Notes: generated from the letters alone by a model not told the origin. DNA of 64,000 nt from an uncultured Verrucomicrobiae bacterium (GCA_963707025.1 CAVPOM010000006.1:640001-704000); one strand, 5' to 3'. Numbered from the stretch's first letter, positions 21,181 through 32,231 are shown. Made by a program: numbers and translations.

Positions 21181-24100
21181 TTATCGGGCGACCGCTCGCA
21201 GCGTGAAGGCGCCTGAGAGCGGACTGGCTTTGCTCGCTCTAATGTCGTGGGCCGACACCCAGTTTCCGCTGAAATCCCGCGGGCCGGCGACTTCGCGACT
21301 GGCGAAGAGGGTCGTGCCACCCGGCGTTTTGGAATCCGCCCGGCCGATCAAGGGCATGTCCGCAACCGGCAGCAGCACCAAGCCAACCCCCGCAGTGTCG
21401 GAAAGCTTGAGCCAGTGCAGGTTGCGCTTCGAGGCGCGGAACAGGACGTTGCCGGCGCGACAGGTTCCCGAAGGCTCGCCAACGTGCCCGTCGGGATAGT
21501 CCGTGAAATAGGCATCGCGCTGCCAACTCATTTGCGTCATGGCGGCTGGCAAGGAAAACTTCATGCCTTCTTCCCAGAGGCTCTTGTTGTCGCCGGTCCA
21601 ATCCAGAGTCCAGTTCACCACCACTTCGGCATCCGTTTTGATGTCGTACGTGGAGGTGAGGGCGCCGAGCGTGGCGCCGCCAGCCGCCCCAAGGACTTTA
21701 CTGGTGACCGAGACGCGTATTGTGCCGTCGGCACTGGCGGGCGCGGCCGTCACTTGGGCGCTGTCGGTGACTGGCGGATTCGGGGCGCGATAGAACGCTC
21801 TTTCACTGCTGGCTTTTGCCTCCCCAAGGTTCAGAATAGGGCCGCCAACAACAATAGCCTTGCCGTGGACGCGCCATGACTGCATGGTCCCGGAGCGCTT
21901 GTCGAAAACAATCTCCTGAAGGTGGTTTGAAACACGGAGCGTGTCCGGGCTGTCCTGAGTGGTCAGAGCATCGCCGGAGGCCAAGGCTGCGGGCGCTTCT
22001 GGAACGGGAGCACCGTCCACCGCCAGGTTAACGGCCACGACGGAAGTGCCATCGGCATGGTCGAACTCCAGCCGCAGTTTCGTAACTCCTTTCGGAGCGG
22101 GGAACGAAGCTTGGACCGATTCTGCCGGCGCACAGTTTATATGCTGGACACCGCTTTTCAGGGTCGCCGTGCCCTTGTAGGCAGTCCAGCGACAGGCCAG
22201 TTCGCTGAGATCAGTGAACGAGTAGCGATTGGTGATTGACACGGCAAAAGTTCCGCCGGAGGCCGGGAGTATGCACGTTCCGACCTGGACCGGGCTATAG
22301 ACCTGCTTGACGATCCACCATTCGGGCTTGAGAACCCGGTATGCGGTGACGACTCCCTTGTCGTTTTCCTGCCTGAGATTATCCGGCCCCCAGGGGCCTT
22401 CGTGGGGCGCTGGCGCATTTTTGTCGGCAATGCCCTGGCTCTGCCATTCCCAGATAAAAGATCCGAGAATGGTGGGGGCTTTCCAAACCTTGTTCCAAAC
22501 CCCGATCATCGCTTCGGACCAAAGATCATGCTCACCCGGGTCGTATTTTTGCGTTTCCGGCTGCCAGAAGATGTGCGGGTTTTCGGAGAAGTTCGCGGGC
22601 CTGCCGCTCCTGATGATCGTGTCAACCGCACCAGGTGAGGGATAATGATCGTCCTGCCAGAGCTGACCGGTGACGTTGCGCGGGCTGGTGCTGGAGACGA
22701 ATGCCGGGCGGGTCGGGTCGGTGGCCCTGACCAGGTTCATGACCTCTTGGGAATTCGGTCCCATCGGATTTTCGTTGCCAAGGCTCCAAGCGAGGACGCA
22801 GGGGCGGTTCTTGTCCCGGGCGAGAGTCTCAGTCGCGCGTTGCAGCAGGAAAGGCGCGTAGGCAGGATCTCTGACTTGATTGCCAATCCAGCAGTAGGGG
22901 ACTTCGTCGAGGATGTACATGCCCTTTTCTTCACAGAGTTCCAGGAATCGCTGCGCATGGTTGTAGTGGCTGGTGCGAACGGCATTGATATTGGCGGCCT
23001 TCATCAGGGTCAGGTCCTTTTCCCAGTTGGCTTCGATCAGAGCAAATCCCTTGTCCGCCCAATAATCGTGGCGGCAGGTGCCGGTGCATTTGATGGGGCG
23101 GCCGTTCCAGAGAACGATGTTATTCTTGAAGTCAATTTGCTTGAATCCGAACCGCTGCTCGACACGCTCCACCGGTTTCCCGCCGGTGGTGAGCTGCATG
23201 ACGGCGTAATAGAGGTTGGGCTTCTCAGCGCACCAGAGGGCTGGCGCCTTCACCGGGGCGGTCATGGCGATGGTGGCGGTGCCGTCCGCGCCAATGATTC
23301 CATGACCGGAAATCTGAACACCGACCGGGGTGGAAGGCTTCGCCGCGACCAGGTTGCCGGTGATAGCGACAGCCTCCCCTGGCGTGCCCGTGACCTGCAC
23401 CGTGGTGTTGAGCGTGGCGTCCCGGTACTCCGAATCCAGCGGCGTCTGAATGGTGATGTCTGAGACATGGGTTTGCGGTACTGCGATCAGGGAGGTGTCG
23501 CGGTAGATTCCTCCCATGCACTGATAGTCGCCAGTCTCGCAGTCGTCGGAGGGAGTGGTTTTGGAGACGCGAACGGCGAAAAGGTTGCGCTGGCCGGGCT
23601 TGACCAATCCGGTCAAGTTGATATTCCAGGCGGTGTAGCCGCTCTCGTGATAGCCGGCTTTTTGACCGTTGGCATAGACCTCGGCGCCGTCCAGAGCGCC
23701 GTCGAAGTGCCAATAGATATTCCGGCCCTGCCATGACGCCGGCACATTGACCCACCGCCGATACTGGCCAACCGTGTTGTCAACCGAACCGTATGTGGGT
23801 GCGGAATAGCCATACATTTCCCAGTTGGAGGGAACCGGGAGGTCATCCCAGCTCGCGTCATTAAAGGTGGGCGCGGCAAACTCATCGAGAGGGGCCTCCG
23901 GGTTGGCCGGCGCCTTCTGCTCAAGCGGCTGCCATACTACTTCCTGCCCCGCACGCTCGACATGGATCTGAAACTCACAGATGGAGGCCCAGGCGCCGGA
24001 GGCATGCCCTTTGACCGTCACCCTGACGAAACGAGCATTCGCGGGCGTTGTTTTGACAGGCCCATTGCCAATCCCAGGTTCAGCCGAGGCATCCGCCAGC

Positions 24101-24582
24101 GTGACCCATTTTCCGCCATCTTCTTTGCCTTCGATGCGGCATTGATACCCGCCCGCCGCCTTCTCCCAAGTGAGGCTTGCTCCGGTGACATGCTCAGTCT
24201 TGCCGAGATCGGCCTGCAGCCATTGCGGAACGCTGTCATCGCTCGCGCACCAACGCGTGTTGTTTTGGCCATCGAATGCGTCTTCCGGAGGGTGGTTCCC
24301 CTCGCTGCTCGACGCACTGATCCCCAGTTTTCCCACAGGGCCCTGGGCGAAGACGCCCCCTGCCTCGATGCGACCGTGCGTCAGCGCAAATTTCCAGGTG
24401 CCGGTCATCGGCAGGTTCCACGGGTTTTTCGAACGCAGCGCGTCCGGCGGCACCGGGGCGGCGGTTGGCAGGGGCAGGGGCAAAGAGGCGGGGGAGACGC
24501 GCCCGACATCCTGCGCCATCGCGGGACAGGCGAGAGTGGTCAATATTGGGACGCACAGCAGTGTAAAGGTCTTGAAGCTCAT
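21181..24582 (-). CDS. GH2 beta-galactosidase-like enzyme with an inserted F5/8 type C (CBM32-like) domain
   Basis: VPSNWE, GGIYRD, INAVRTSHY and WSLGNE. Discoidin motif AFDG..NTRW...QWLQADLG. Confidence 0.9.
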   Translation of the reverse strand: MSFKTFTLLCVPILTTLACPAMAQDVGRVSPASLPLPLPTAAPVPPDALRSKNPWNLPMTGTWKFALTHGRIEAGGVFAQGPVGKLGISASSSEGNHPPEDAFDGQNNTRWCASDDSVPQWLQADLGKTEHVTGASLTWEKAAGGYQCRIEGKEDGGKWVTLADASAEPGIGNGPVKTTPANARFVRVTVKGHASGAWASICEFQIHVERAGQEVVWQPLEQKAPANPEAPLDEFAAPTFNDASWDDLPVPSNWEMYGYSAPTYGSVDNTVGQYRRWVNVPASWQGRNIYWHFDGALDGAEVYANGQKAGYHESGYTAWNINLTGLVKPGQRNLFAVRVSKTTPSDDCETGDYQCMGGIYRDTSLIAVPQTHVSDITIQTPLDSEYRDATLNTTVQVTGTPGEAVAITGNLVAAKPSTPVGVQISGHGIIGADGTATIAMTAPVKAPALWCAEKPNLYYAVMQLTTGGKPVERVEQRFGFKQIDFKNNIVLWNGRPIKCTGTCRHDYWADKGFALIEANWEKDLTLMKAANINAVRTSHYNHAQRFLELCEEKGMYILDEVPYCWIGNQVRDPAYAPFLLQRATETLARDKNRPCVLAWSLGNENPMGPNSQEVMNLVRATDPTRPAFVSSTSPRNVTGQLWQDDHYPSPGAVDTIIRSGRPANFSENPHIFWQPETQKYDPGEHDLWSEAMIGVWNKVWKAPTILGSFIWEWQSQGIADKNAPAPHEGPWGPDNLRQENDKGVVTAYRVLKPEWWIVKQVYSPVQVGTCILPASGGTFAVSITNRYSFTDLSELACRWTAYKGTATLKSGVQHINCAPAESVQASFPAPKGVTKLRLEFDHADGTSVVAVNLAVDGAPVPEAPAALASGDALTTQDSPDTLRVSNHLQEIVFDKRSGTMQSWRVHGKAIVVGGPILNLGEAKASSERAFYRAPNPPVTDSAQVTAAPASADGTIRVSVTSKVLGAAGGATLGALTSTYDIKTDAEVVVNWTLDWTGDNKSLWEEGMKFSLPAAMTQMSWQRDAYFTDYPDGHVGEPSGTCRAGNVLFRASKRNLHWLKLSDTAGVGLVLLPVADMPLIGRADSKTPGGTTLFASREVAGPRDFSGNWVSAHDIRASKASPLSGAFTLRAVAR

Positions 24583-24814
24583 TGGTAACTATTCCTGGCT
24601 TTTCGTTGGACTGGCCCGGAGTTTGAGGGCGTGGGAACGTGAAGGCAATCAAAAAGCGGGAAGCGAAAATGACCGCGAACTGGATTCCCAAAGATTTAAA
24701 CACGGACGAGACTGGTTTTCCGGAGAACCTCGTGCGCACCGGGCGAAGAAAATGAAGAGATGCGATTATGCGCGACTGGTCCCGTTTCAACTTACTACCG
24801 CGCTTCGGCTTAAA

Positions 24815-25265
24815 ATTCACGTGCGTTGGTTACTCCATGGGCGCGTGGCATGCGGGGATGGCGGTCTGCCGTGATACACGTCTGGCCTCTGTCGTTCTGG
24901 CCTCGCCCGCCGTGCGCATGAATCCCTGGATAGAGCAACGCACTATGAGCCCTGCTATTCGGGGGACATTGCAGAAGGTGCGCGAGCTGTGCGAGAGGTT
25001 GAATTACACTGCGCTGAATTTGACCTCGGCCCTGCCTGCCATCCCCAAGGAGAATATATTGTTGATCGAAGGTATCCATGATTTGTTTGTGCCGAAGGAA
25101 GATGTCGAGGACCTCTGGCAGGCGTGGGGACGGCCCGAAATTTGGCGGCTGCCGCACGGACACTTCGGCGTTTGTTGTGGCGTCGTGCCAGGCTTGACGG
25201 GGCGCGTCCTTCGCTGGCTGGAACCACGACTGCAGGCTGATAAAGACCAAAGAACCCCTCGTTAG
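24815..25265 (+). pseudogene. C-terminal fragment of an alpha/beta hydrolase
   Basis: GYSMGA nucleophile elbow, IEGIHDLFVP and LPHGH. No plausible N-terminal region. Confidence 0.65.
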
Positions 25266-25369
25266 CGGATATGAATCAAGCAGCCCTGCCATCCCGAAAA
25301 GCGAAAGCGTTGCTGCGACGGATTCTCACGGTGCTGGCGGTGTTGATCGGCGCGCTTCTGGCATATGCC

Positions 25370-25522
25370 GGTTGCCGCTTTGGCTTCGGCATAGTTCTTG
25401 AAGCTGCGGACACGCTGCTGCCTGGCCACGTAATAGCCAAGACGGTAAAAGTCATACCCCGGACTTTTGCCGTAGATCGTGGCCTTTTCGCGCCGCTGGC
25501 GGATAATGACCGGGAATTTCAT
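25370..25522 (-). pseudogene. N-terminal remnant of a probable tRNA-associated integrase
   Basis: MKFPVIIRQRREKATIYGK...YRLGYYVARQQRVRSFKNYAEAKA, an arm-binding-type N-terminus starting about 87 nt downstream of the tRNA 3' end. No catalytic domain. Confidence 0.55.
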
Positions 25523-25608
25523 CTTCTGGGTTTGATTTTCAGATTTGGCTGGAATTTGTGCGGAATCTGTGCGGTAAACGCCATTTTCCCCAACTTCATA
25601 GGGAGAAA

Positions 25609-25682
25609 TGGCTGTCCGACATGGATTCGAACCATGACAAAGGCCTCCAAAGGGCCTTGTGCTACCGTTACACCATCGGACA
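25609..25682 (-). tRNA. tRNA-Gln (TTG)
   Basis: TGTCCGATGGTGTAACGGTAGCACAAGGCCCTTTGGAGGCCTTTGTCATGGTTCGAATCCATGTCGGACAGCCA. Cloverleaf, anticodon TTG, encoded CCA, usual position after ispE. Confidence 0.97.
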
Positions 25683-25777
25683 GGGCAGGGATAGCTTAAC
25701 CCTGACGGCTGCCGACTGCCAATAGAAATCAACGGGAGGCGGGGGTGAGAGGACGAATGGGACGAACCGGCAATCGG

Positions 25778-26653
25778 TCAAGGCAGTTCGACCAAGGCAG
25801 TCCAGAATTGGGGGCCGAATTTGCCTCGGAATTTTTCGAGGAGGGTTTCGGCGCAGCCACGGGAATCGGTCAGGGCGAAGGTGGCGGAGCCGCTGCCGGT
25901 CATCAAGGTGGCGGCGGCGCCGTGTTCGCGGAAGAATTCCTGGAATAGTTGGAGCAGGGGATACTTGAGCAGGGCTGGGGCTTCCAGGGAGTTGTAGAAT
26001 TCTTTTCCCGCATCGGCCAGGGCGGCGCTTTGCAGAAGGGCGATCAGGCCTTGGGCGCGGCCGGGTTTGCCGTGGAGCGCCTCCGGACGACGGGCCAGTT
26101 GTTCGTAGGCCCACGGGGTGGAGATGCCAAAGCCGGGATGGACCAACAGCATCCAGGCGCCACCCAGCGCGGGAAAGAAATCCAGGGGGGTGATCAGTTC
26201 GCCGCGGCCAGTGGCCAGAGCCGGACGGCTTTGCAGGAAAAAGGGTACGTCGGAGCCAAGCGAACCGGCCAGTTGCAACAACAGCTCCGGGCGGAGCGGC
26301 TGGCCGAAAAGTTCATTCATGCCCAGGAGGGTGGCGGCGGCATTGCCGCTGCCGCCGCCCAAGCCCGCCGCGATGGGAATGGTCTTCTCCAGATGAATGC
26401 GGACGCCTTCGTTAATGCCGGCGGTTTTGAGAAAGCGCTCCGCCGCGGCAAAGACGAGGTTTTTGGAATTGGTCGGCAAAAGCGGGTCATTGCATTTCAG
26501 GCGCAGCCTTGTGCCGTGGCGCTGGAAGGTCAGGCAATCGTGGAGGTTGACCGGATGCAGGACGGTCTCCAGTTCGTGGAAACCATCGGGGCGCCGGCCC
26601 AGGATGTTGAGGAGGAGGTTGACCTTGCAGGAGGAATGCTTCTCAAGCGGCAT
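25778..26653 (-). CDS. ispE: 4-diphosphocytidyl-2-C-methyl-D-erythritol kinase
   Basis: KVNLLL..LGRRPDGFHEL, IPIAAGLGGGS, LGSDVPFF and MTGSGS. Confidence 0.96.
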   Translation of the reverse strand: MPLEKHSSCKVNLLLNILGRRPDGFHELETVLHPVNLHDCLTFQRHGTRLRLKCNDPLLPTNSKNLVFAAAERFLKTAGINEGVRIHLEKTIPIAAGLGGGSGNAAATLLGMNELFGQPLRPELLLQLAGSLGSDVPFFLQSRPALATGRGELITPLDFFPALGGAWMLLVHPGFGISTPWAYEQLARRPEALHGKPGRAQGLIALLQSAALADAGKEFYNSLEAPALLKYPLLQLFQEFFREHGAAATLMTGSGSATFALTDSRGCAETLLEKFRGKFGPQFWTALVELP

Positions 26654-26716
26654 GGGAAATGGCGGGGCGCGGCCAGGCCGCCCCGCTGCTTTTTCCGGCG
26701 GATGCAACCCTCCCGG

Positions 26717-27163
26717 TTATTGATCGAACACGTGGAATCGGCTGCCCGGGATAAACGGCGCCATGTCTCCACCGCCGAAGCCCAGGGAGGTGTCCGGCGA
26801 GGTCATCTGATCCGAATACCAATTGGGTTTGTAGCTGTCCGGATTGACGGGGTTTTCCGGCAGGAAAATCGGGCCGTAGTTCTTGGGGGAATGATTGGGG
26901 AAGGGGAATGTGGCCACTTCATAAAGGCCAACGGCGGTGCGGGCGAAGGTGCGGTCAATGCCGTGGAAAACACCGGTGGTATAGCCTTGATCGCGGCTGA
27001 CCAGAACGGTGGTTTGTTCGATGGAGCGGCGCAACTCACCCAGGCGGGTGATTTCGGTCAGGTTGTTGAGGCCCCGACCGAGTTTTTGCTCCGGGCCGGC
27101 GCAACCGGCCATGACCAGGGTCATGCCCAGCAACGGGATAATTGAGGAAAATAATTTACGCAT
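26717..27163 (-). CDS. Exosortase system-associated protein, TIGR04073 family (lipoprotein-like)
   Basis: KLGRGLNN...G...T..RT.VGLYEVATFPFP. Confidence 0.8.
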   Translation of the reverse strand: MRKLFSSIIPLLGMTLVMAGCAGPEQKLGRGLNNLTEITRLGELRRSIEQTTVLVSRDQGYTTGVFHGIDRTFARTAVGLYEVATFPFPNHSPKNYGPIFLPENPVNPDSYKPNWYSDQMTSPDTSLGFGGGDMAPFIPGSRFHVFDQ

Positions 27164-27208
27164 ATATACACACTCTTTCTGCTAAAATAGCGGTCTGTGC
27201 GGAATTGT

Positions 27209-28222
27209 CTAGCTTTTTTCTGCTTTTTTCTCCTGCCGCTCCCAATACCAGGCGATCCAGACGCTCACCTCGTAAAGCAGTTGCAGGGCCACCGCCATCA
27301 CGATCTGGGTGAGAACCTCAGGGGTGGTGAGCAAGGCGCCCAGAACCAGATTCCCAACAATGACGTAGCGGCGCATGCTGGCCAGTTTCTGGTAATTGAG
27401 GATGCCGATTTTGACCAGCGCCAGCAGCACCACCGGCAACAGAAAGCCCAGTCCCATGCCCAGCATGAACTTCAGGACAAAGCTGATGTAAGTTCCCGCC
27501 GACCAATAGGGCACGCTCACCCCCATCCATTCGGCGTATTGCTGGGCGAACTTCAGCGCGGTGGGCATGATGACAAAATAAGCGACCGAAATCCCGGCCA
27601 AGAACAGAAAAAGAGAAACGACGAAGGCGCGCAGGAAGTACTTCTTCTCCCGGATTTTCAGGGCGGGCATGAGGAATTGCCCAAAATAATAAAAAACAAA
27701 GGGCGAGGCCAGCAGCAGTCCGCCAAAAAAGGCCAGATGAAACGAGGAAAAAAACGGGGCCGACGGATCCAGGTAAATCAGGCCCGGTCCTCCCGCCGGA
27801 TCGGCCTCCTCCGGGTTGGGAACAAGCCGCAAAGAAAAAAGCTGCTGGCCGCCCACCTCGACCGGCTCGACTTGCAGAGTGATGGCGGGATTGGTGCCCA
27901 GATCCAGCGAGCCAAGCCGGTTGGTTTTCAAAATCACCGGCCTGAGCCGGGCCGCCCCGATTTGGAAGGTGACGATCTGGTTGGTTTCGTCGGGCAGAAA
28001 GGCGATATGGCGCTGGGCGGCGCGATGGAGCGGCCAACTCAGAACGGCGATCATGGCCCGGGCGTTGAACAGGCAAATCAACATCCCGACCAAGGTGGCG
28101 GCGGCGCTTTTAATCAGCGTCCAGCGCAGGTCTTCGAGATGTTCGAGAAAAGTTTTTACGACGCCACCGCCCTCGGCCGCTTCCTCATCCTCCGGCCGGA
28201 GTTGGTCGTTGCGTTCTGCCAT
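27209..28222 (-). CDS. tatC: Twin-arginine translocase TatC (with periplasmic insertion)
   Basis: FLEHLEDLRWTLI, FLMPALKIREK and GALLTTPE. Confidence 0.93.
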   Translation of the reverse strand: MAERNDQLRPEDEEAAEGGGVVKTFLEHLEDLRWTLIKSAAATLVGMLICLFNARAMIAVLSWPLHRAAQRHIAFLPDETNQIVTFQIGAARLRPVILKTNRLGSLDLGTNPAITLQVEPVEVGGQQLFSLRLVPNPEEADPAGGPGLIYLDPSAPFFSSFHLAFFGGLLLASPFVFYYFGQFLMPALKIREKKYFLRAFVVSLFLFLAGISVAYFVIMPTALKFAQQYAEWMGVSVPYWSAGTYISFVLKFMLGMGLGFLLPVVLLALVKIGILNYQKLASMRRYVIVGNLVLGALLTTPEVLTQIVMAVALQLLYEVSVWIAWYWERQEKKAEKS

Positions 28223-28244
28223 GAGAAACCATCACCGGCCGTGG

Positions 28245-28511
28245 TCAAGCCTTGGGAGCAGTGGAGGGTGGAGCCGTGCTGACGGGTTGAGTATTGGCAG
28301 GCGGTGGGGCCGCCGGGTAGGTCGGTTGCTCGTTCATCGAGCTATGGATTTCGTCGGTGACTTCGCGCGACGCTTTCTTGAACTCCTTGATCCCCTGACC
28401 CAGCCCCTTGGCGAATTCTGGTATTTTCTTGGCGCCAAACAGCACCAGGATGACCACAAAAACAACGACCAGTTCAGGGCCGCTCAGAAAACCTGCATTT
28501 AGTGTATTCAT
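28245..28511 (-). CDS. tatA: Twin-arginine translocase TatA/E
   Basis: [35 protein letters not shown]. Confidence 0.95.
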   Translation of the reverse strand: MNTLNAGFLSGPELVVVFVVILVLFGAKKIPEFAKGLGQGIKEFKKASREVTDEIHSSMNEQPTYPAAPPPANTQPVSTAPPSTAPKA

Positions 28512-28934
28512 ATATTCGCTTGCTGATATATAAATAAACCAGTTGCCGCCAATAGTAAAGCCCGCTTTTTGCGGTTTTTGGCGCAACGCCGGCCGCCCTG
28601 AAAACAGCCCGGGAATACCCGCGCCCTCCGCCGGGGAAAAGCGGCGGCGTGAAACAGACAATGCGTTGGCCCGTCCCAAACCCTCCCGCCCTCCCGCAAG
28701 ATTTGGCCGGTTTTTGCCAAGGGGGGGGTAGTCGCTCCGCCGGCCTGTGGGTAAGTTGAGAATGAAATTATGAGCATTAGAAGGCATGAAATTAGATCAG
28801 CGGGCAACTTTGGACCGCCGCCGGCGGCGTTGCCTCCAAACGACGCGGTCCTCATCGGTCAGGCGCGTTCGTTCCCCGCGCGGTCCGGCGTCCCGGGTTT
28901 GGCGGCCCAGGCCTGAACCGGAAAGGCAAGCGAC

Positions 28935-29837
28935 ATGTACATCGCCAGAACCAGCCCATCTGTTACCCAGCGCGACGAAAAATCCCGCGGCGCCCCGGCC
29001 GCAACCGCTTTCGGCTGCCCGCGCAATTTTCTCGACAACCGCTTCGTCTATACGGTGGTGTCGGCGCGGGCCCGGGGCCTGGCCATCGGCATCAACATGA
29101 ACCCGGATCGGTTCTGCAATTTTGACTGCCTTTATTGCGAGGTGGACCGGAAGCTGCCCGCCGCCGAACGGGAGTTGGACGTGGGGGTGATGGCGGAGGA
29201 ATTGGACAAGACACTCTGCTTGGTGCGGTCGGGCAAGATCCGCGAGCATGCGGCTTACCGCGAGTTGAGCGACGAATTGCTGCAATTGCGCCATGTCGCC
29301 TTGAGCGGCGACGGCGAACCGACCCTCTGTCCCAATTTCGCCGAGGCCGTCCAGGTGGTCGTCCATGTGCGGGCGCGCAGTCCCCATTCGTTTTTCAAAC
29401 TGGCCTTGATTACCAACGGCACCGGGCTGGATTTGCGGCCGGTGCAGGGCAGCCTGCAATACTTTACGCACGACGATGAGGTTTGGATCAAGCTCGACGC
29501 CGGCACGCAAGATTACATGAACCGCGTCAACCGCGGCGCGGTGCCGCTGGAAAAAGTCATTGCCAACATCGTCCTGGTGGGGCGGCAGCGGCCCGTCATC
29601 ATCCAAAGTTTGTTCCCGTCGGTCCTCGGCCAGGAACCGCCCCAGGAAGAAATTGATGAGTATATTTTGCGGTTGAACGACCTAAAACAAGCCGGGGCGC
29701 GCATTTCGCTGGTGCAAATTTATTCGGCGACCCGGCCCATCGCCCATCCCGACTGCGGCCATCTGCCGCTGAAAAAGCTTTCCCAGATCTGCCAGCGGAT
29801 CAAGGCGGAAACGGGCTTGAGAGCGGAAGTCTTCTGA
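28935..29837 (+). CDS. Radical SAM protein
   Basis: CNFDCLYC motif, SGDGEPT, ITNGT and KLDAG. Confidence 0.9.
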   Translation: MYIARTSPSVTQRDEKSRGAPAATAFGCPRNFLDNRFVYTVVSARARGLAIGINMNPDRFCNFDCLYCEVDRKLPAAERELDVGVMAEELDKTLCLVRSGKIREHAAYRELSDELLQLRHVALSGDGEPTLCPNFAEAVQVVVHVRARSPHSFFKLALITNGTGLDLRPVQGSLQYFTHDDEVWIKLDAGTQDYMNRVNRGAVPLEKVIANIVLVGRQRPVIIQSLFPSVLGQEPPQEEIDEYILRLNDLKQAGARISLVQIYSATRPIAHPDCGHLPLKKLSQICQRIKAETGLRAEVF

Positions 29838-29864
29838 GCGCGCCGGGCGGCGGGCGCGGGCCCC

Positions 29865-29887
29865 GGTCTAAGGAATATCCCTAGACC
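29865..29887. promoter_or_regulatory. Near-perfect palindrome upstream of the signalling operon (candidate regulator site)
   Basis: GGTCTAAGGA-ATA-TCCCTAGACC, 9 of 10 positions paired. Confidence 0.4.
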
Positions 29888-29965
29888 TTCTAGTTGCTTT
29901 TCCCCAGACGCGTCTGGCAGGATGCCTGATTGTTGGCGGAGCGTGATCGGTGCTAAATTGCTCAC

Positions 29966-30892
29966 ATGACAACAAATTTTGTGCAGCCAAACGGGGACAA
30001 GCCCATGAACCGCCGCGACAACAAAGGCCTGATCGAGAGCCTGATCAACTCGAAAATCTTTCAGGATTACGAGAAGGCGTTCAGCGAAACGACCGGCCTG
30101 CCCGTCTCCTTGCGCCCGGTGGAATCGTGGCAGTTGCCGCACCACGGCAAGCGCCACGAAAATCCCTTGTGCGCCATGCTGGCGGAAAAGAGCCGGTCTT
30201 GCGCAACCTGCCTGCAAATGCAGCAAAAGCTGTCGGAAAGCGCCCACTTTGAACCCGCCACGGTGACCTGCCAGTTGGGATTGGTGGACACGGCCGTGCC
30301 GGTTCGTTTGGGCGAGCAGTTGATCGGCTTCCTCCAAACCGGCCAGGTGCTGCGGAAGAAGGCCACGCCCTCCCAAGTCGGGCGCACCGCCCGGCTCATC
30401 GCTGAATGGGGTCTGCAGGTGAGCGGGGAACGGCTGAAAAGCCTCTATGCTTCAACCCGGGTGTTGTCGTCCAAACATTACCAGGCCATGGTCCAACTGC
30501 TCAGCATCTTCGCCCAGCACATTTCGGTGGTGAGCAACCAGATTGTGGTGGGCCGGGAACACGCCGAATCGCCGGTGATCCGGAAGGCCAAGGAGTTTAT
30601 TGTCGAGAATCAGGCGGAGGATCTTTCCCTGGGCCAGGTGGCCAAGGCGGTCAACACCAGCGTCTTCCACTTCTGCAAAATGTTCAAGAAAGCGACTGGC
30701 TTGAACTTCACCGAGTATGTGTCGCGCGTGCGGGTGGAAAAGGCCCGCAATCTTCTGCTCAATCCCAATTTGCGCATCAGCGAAATCGCTTATGAAGTCG
30801 GCTTCCAGTCGCTCACCCATTTTAATCGCGTTTTTAAGAAAATCACCGGCCAGTCCCCCACCGATTACCGCGGCCAACTGGCCCCGGCGTGA
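29966..30892 (+). CDS. PocR ligand-binding domain AraC-family regulator
   Basis: N-terminal PocR (NPLC...CATC...CQLGLVDTAVPV) and C-terminal AraC HTH (ISEIAYEVGFQSLTHFNRVFKK). Alternative start at 30005. Confidence 0.92.
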   Translation: MTTNFVQPNGDKPMNRRDNKGLIESLINSKIFQDYEKAFSETTGLPVSLRPVESWQLPHHGKRHENPLCAMLAEKSRSCATCLQMQQKLSESAHFEPATVTCQLGLVDTAVPVRLGEQLIGFLQTGQVLRKKATPSQVGRTARLIAEWGLQVSGERLKSLYASTRVLSSKHYQAMVQLLSIFAQHISVVSNQIVVGREHAESPVIRKAKEFIVENQAEDLSLGQVAKAVNTSVFHFCKMFKKATGLNFTEYVSRVRVEKARNLLLNPNLRISEIAYEVGFQSLTHFNRVFKKITGQSPTDYRGQLAPA

Positions 30893-30959
30893 AACAGGGG
30901 CGCCGGGCCAACCCGGTCGTTTATCCTGTCTGTGGCCCGGACCCCGGTGGCATTAGGCC

Positions 30960-32219
30960 GTGATGGACGCTTATTCCAAAATGACCAGGGCCGAGTTGGT
31001 GAAGAGACTCAAGGCTTGGGAGGCCGGCTCTGTTCCCGCCAGCCAGGCCACCGCGGCCCTGCAAGCCGGGGAACGCCTCGAGGCGGTCAAGGAGCTGCAC
31101 GAGCTGAAATCGGCGCTCGATGCCCATTCCATCGTGGCCATCACCGACGCGCGCGGCCGCATTACCTATGTCAACGACAAGTTTTGCCAGATTTCCCAGT
31201 ATTCCCGCGCGGAGTTGCTGGGCCAGGACCATCGCCTCATCAACTCCCGGTTTCATGCCAAGGCGTTTTTCCGCGGCCTCTGGACCACCATCGCCCGGGG
31301 CAAAGTTTGGAAAGGGGAAATCCGCAATCGCGCCAAGGACGGCAGTCTTTACTGGGTGGACACGACCATCTTTCCCTTTCTGGATGCGGGCGGAAAGCCG
31401 GTGCAGTACATCGCCATCCGCACGGACATTACCGAGCGCAAACGCACCGAAGTCAGGCTGGCCGAATTGGCGCAAAGCCTGGCCGAGAAGAACAAGGAAT
31501 TGGAAACGGTGGTCTATGTCGCCTCCCACGATCTGCGTTCTCCCCTGGTCAACATCCAGGGATTCACCAAGGAATTGCAACGCGACTGTGACCGCATTCG
31601 CGAGTTGATGGAGGGCGGCGAGCCGGCGGCCCTCAAGGAACGCGAACTGAACACGATTCTCAGCCGGGATGTGCCCGAAGCGATGGAATTCATCCAGGCC
31701 GGCGTGGTCAAGATTGACGCCTTGTTGGCCGGCTTCCTTCGTTTTTCCAGGCTGGGCCGGGCGGCCCTGAGAATCGGGCCCCTGGACATGAAGGCCACGC
31801 TGGCCGGCATTGCGCAAACCGTCGAGTTCCAGCTCCAACAAGCCGGCGCCACCCTGCAAGTCGGGCCCCTGCCGGACTGCCGGGGTGACGCCATCCAAAT
31901 CAACCAGGTCTTTTCCAATTTGATTGATAACGCCATTAAATATCGCCACGCCAACCGCCCCGGGCTGATTGAAGTGTCCGGCCGGGTTGAAAACGGCCGT
32001 TGCACCTATGCGGTCAAGGACAACGGCATCGGCATTGCCCCGGAACATCAGGCCAAGGTGTTCGAGATTTTCCACCGCTTGGACCCTGCCGCCTCCGAAG
32101 GGGAAGGACTGGGGTTGACCATCGCCCAGAAAATTCTGGAACGACAGGAGGGCAGGATCTGGGTGGAATCCAAAGCCGGGCAAGGCAGCATTTTTTTCGT
32201 TTCTTTGCCCGCCGCTTGA
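30960..32219 (+). CDS. PAS-domain sensor histidine kinase
   Basis: PAS/PAC domain, H-box SHDLRSPL, N-box [15 protein letters not shown] and GLGL. Confidence 0.93.
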   Translation: MMDAYSKMTRAELVKRLKAWEAGSVPASQATAALQAGERLEAVKELHELKSALDAHSIVAITDARGRITYVNDKFCQISQYSRAELLGQDHRLINSRFHAKAFFRGLWTTIARGKVWKGEIRNRAKDGSLYWVDTTIFPFLDAGGKPVQYIAIRTDITERKRTEVRLAELAQSLAEKNKELETVVYVASHDLRSPLVNIQGFTKELQRDCDRIRELMEGGEPAALKERELNTILSRDVPEAMEFIQAGVVKIDALLAGFLRFSRLGRAALRIGPLDMKATLAGIAQTVEFQLQQAGATLQVGPLPDCRGDAIQINQVFSNLIDNAIKYRHANRPGLIEVSGRVENGRCTYAVKDNGIGIAPEHQAKVFEIFHRLDPAASEGEGLGLTIAQKILERQEGRIWVESKAGQGSIFFVSLPAA

Positions 32220-32231
32220 GGCATAAGTGGC

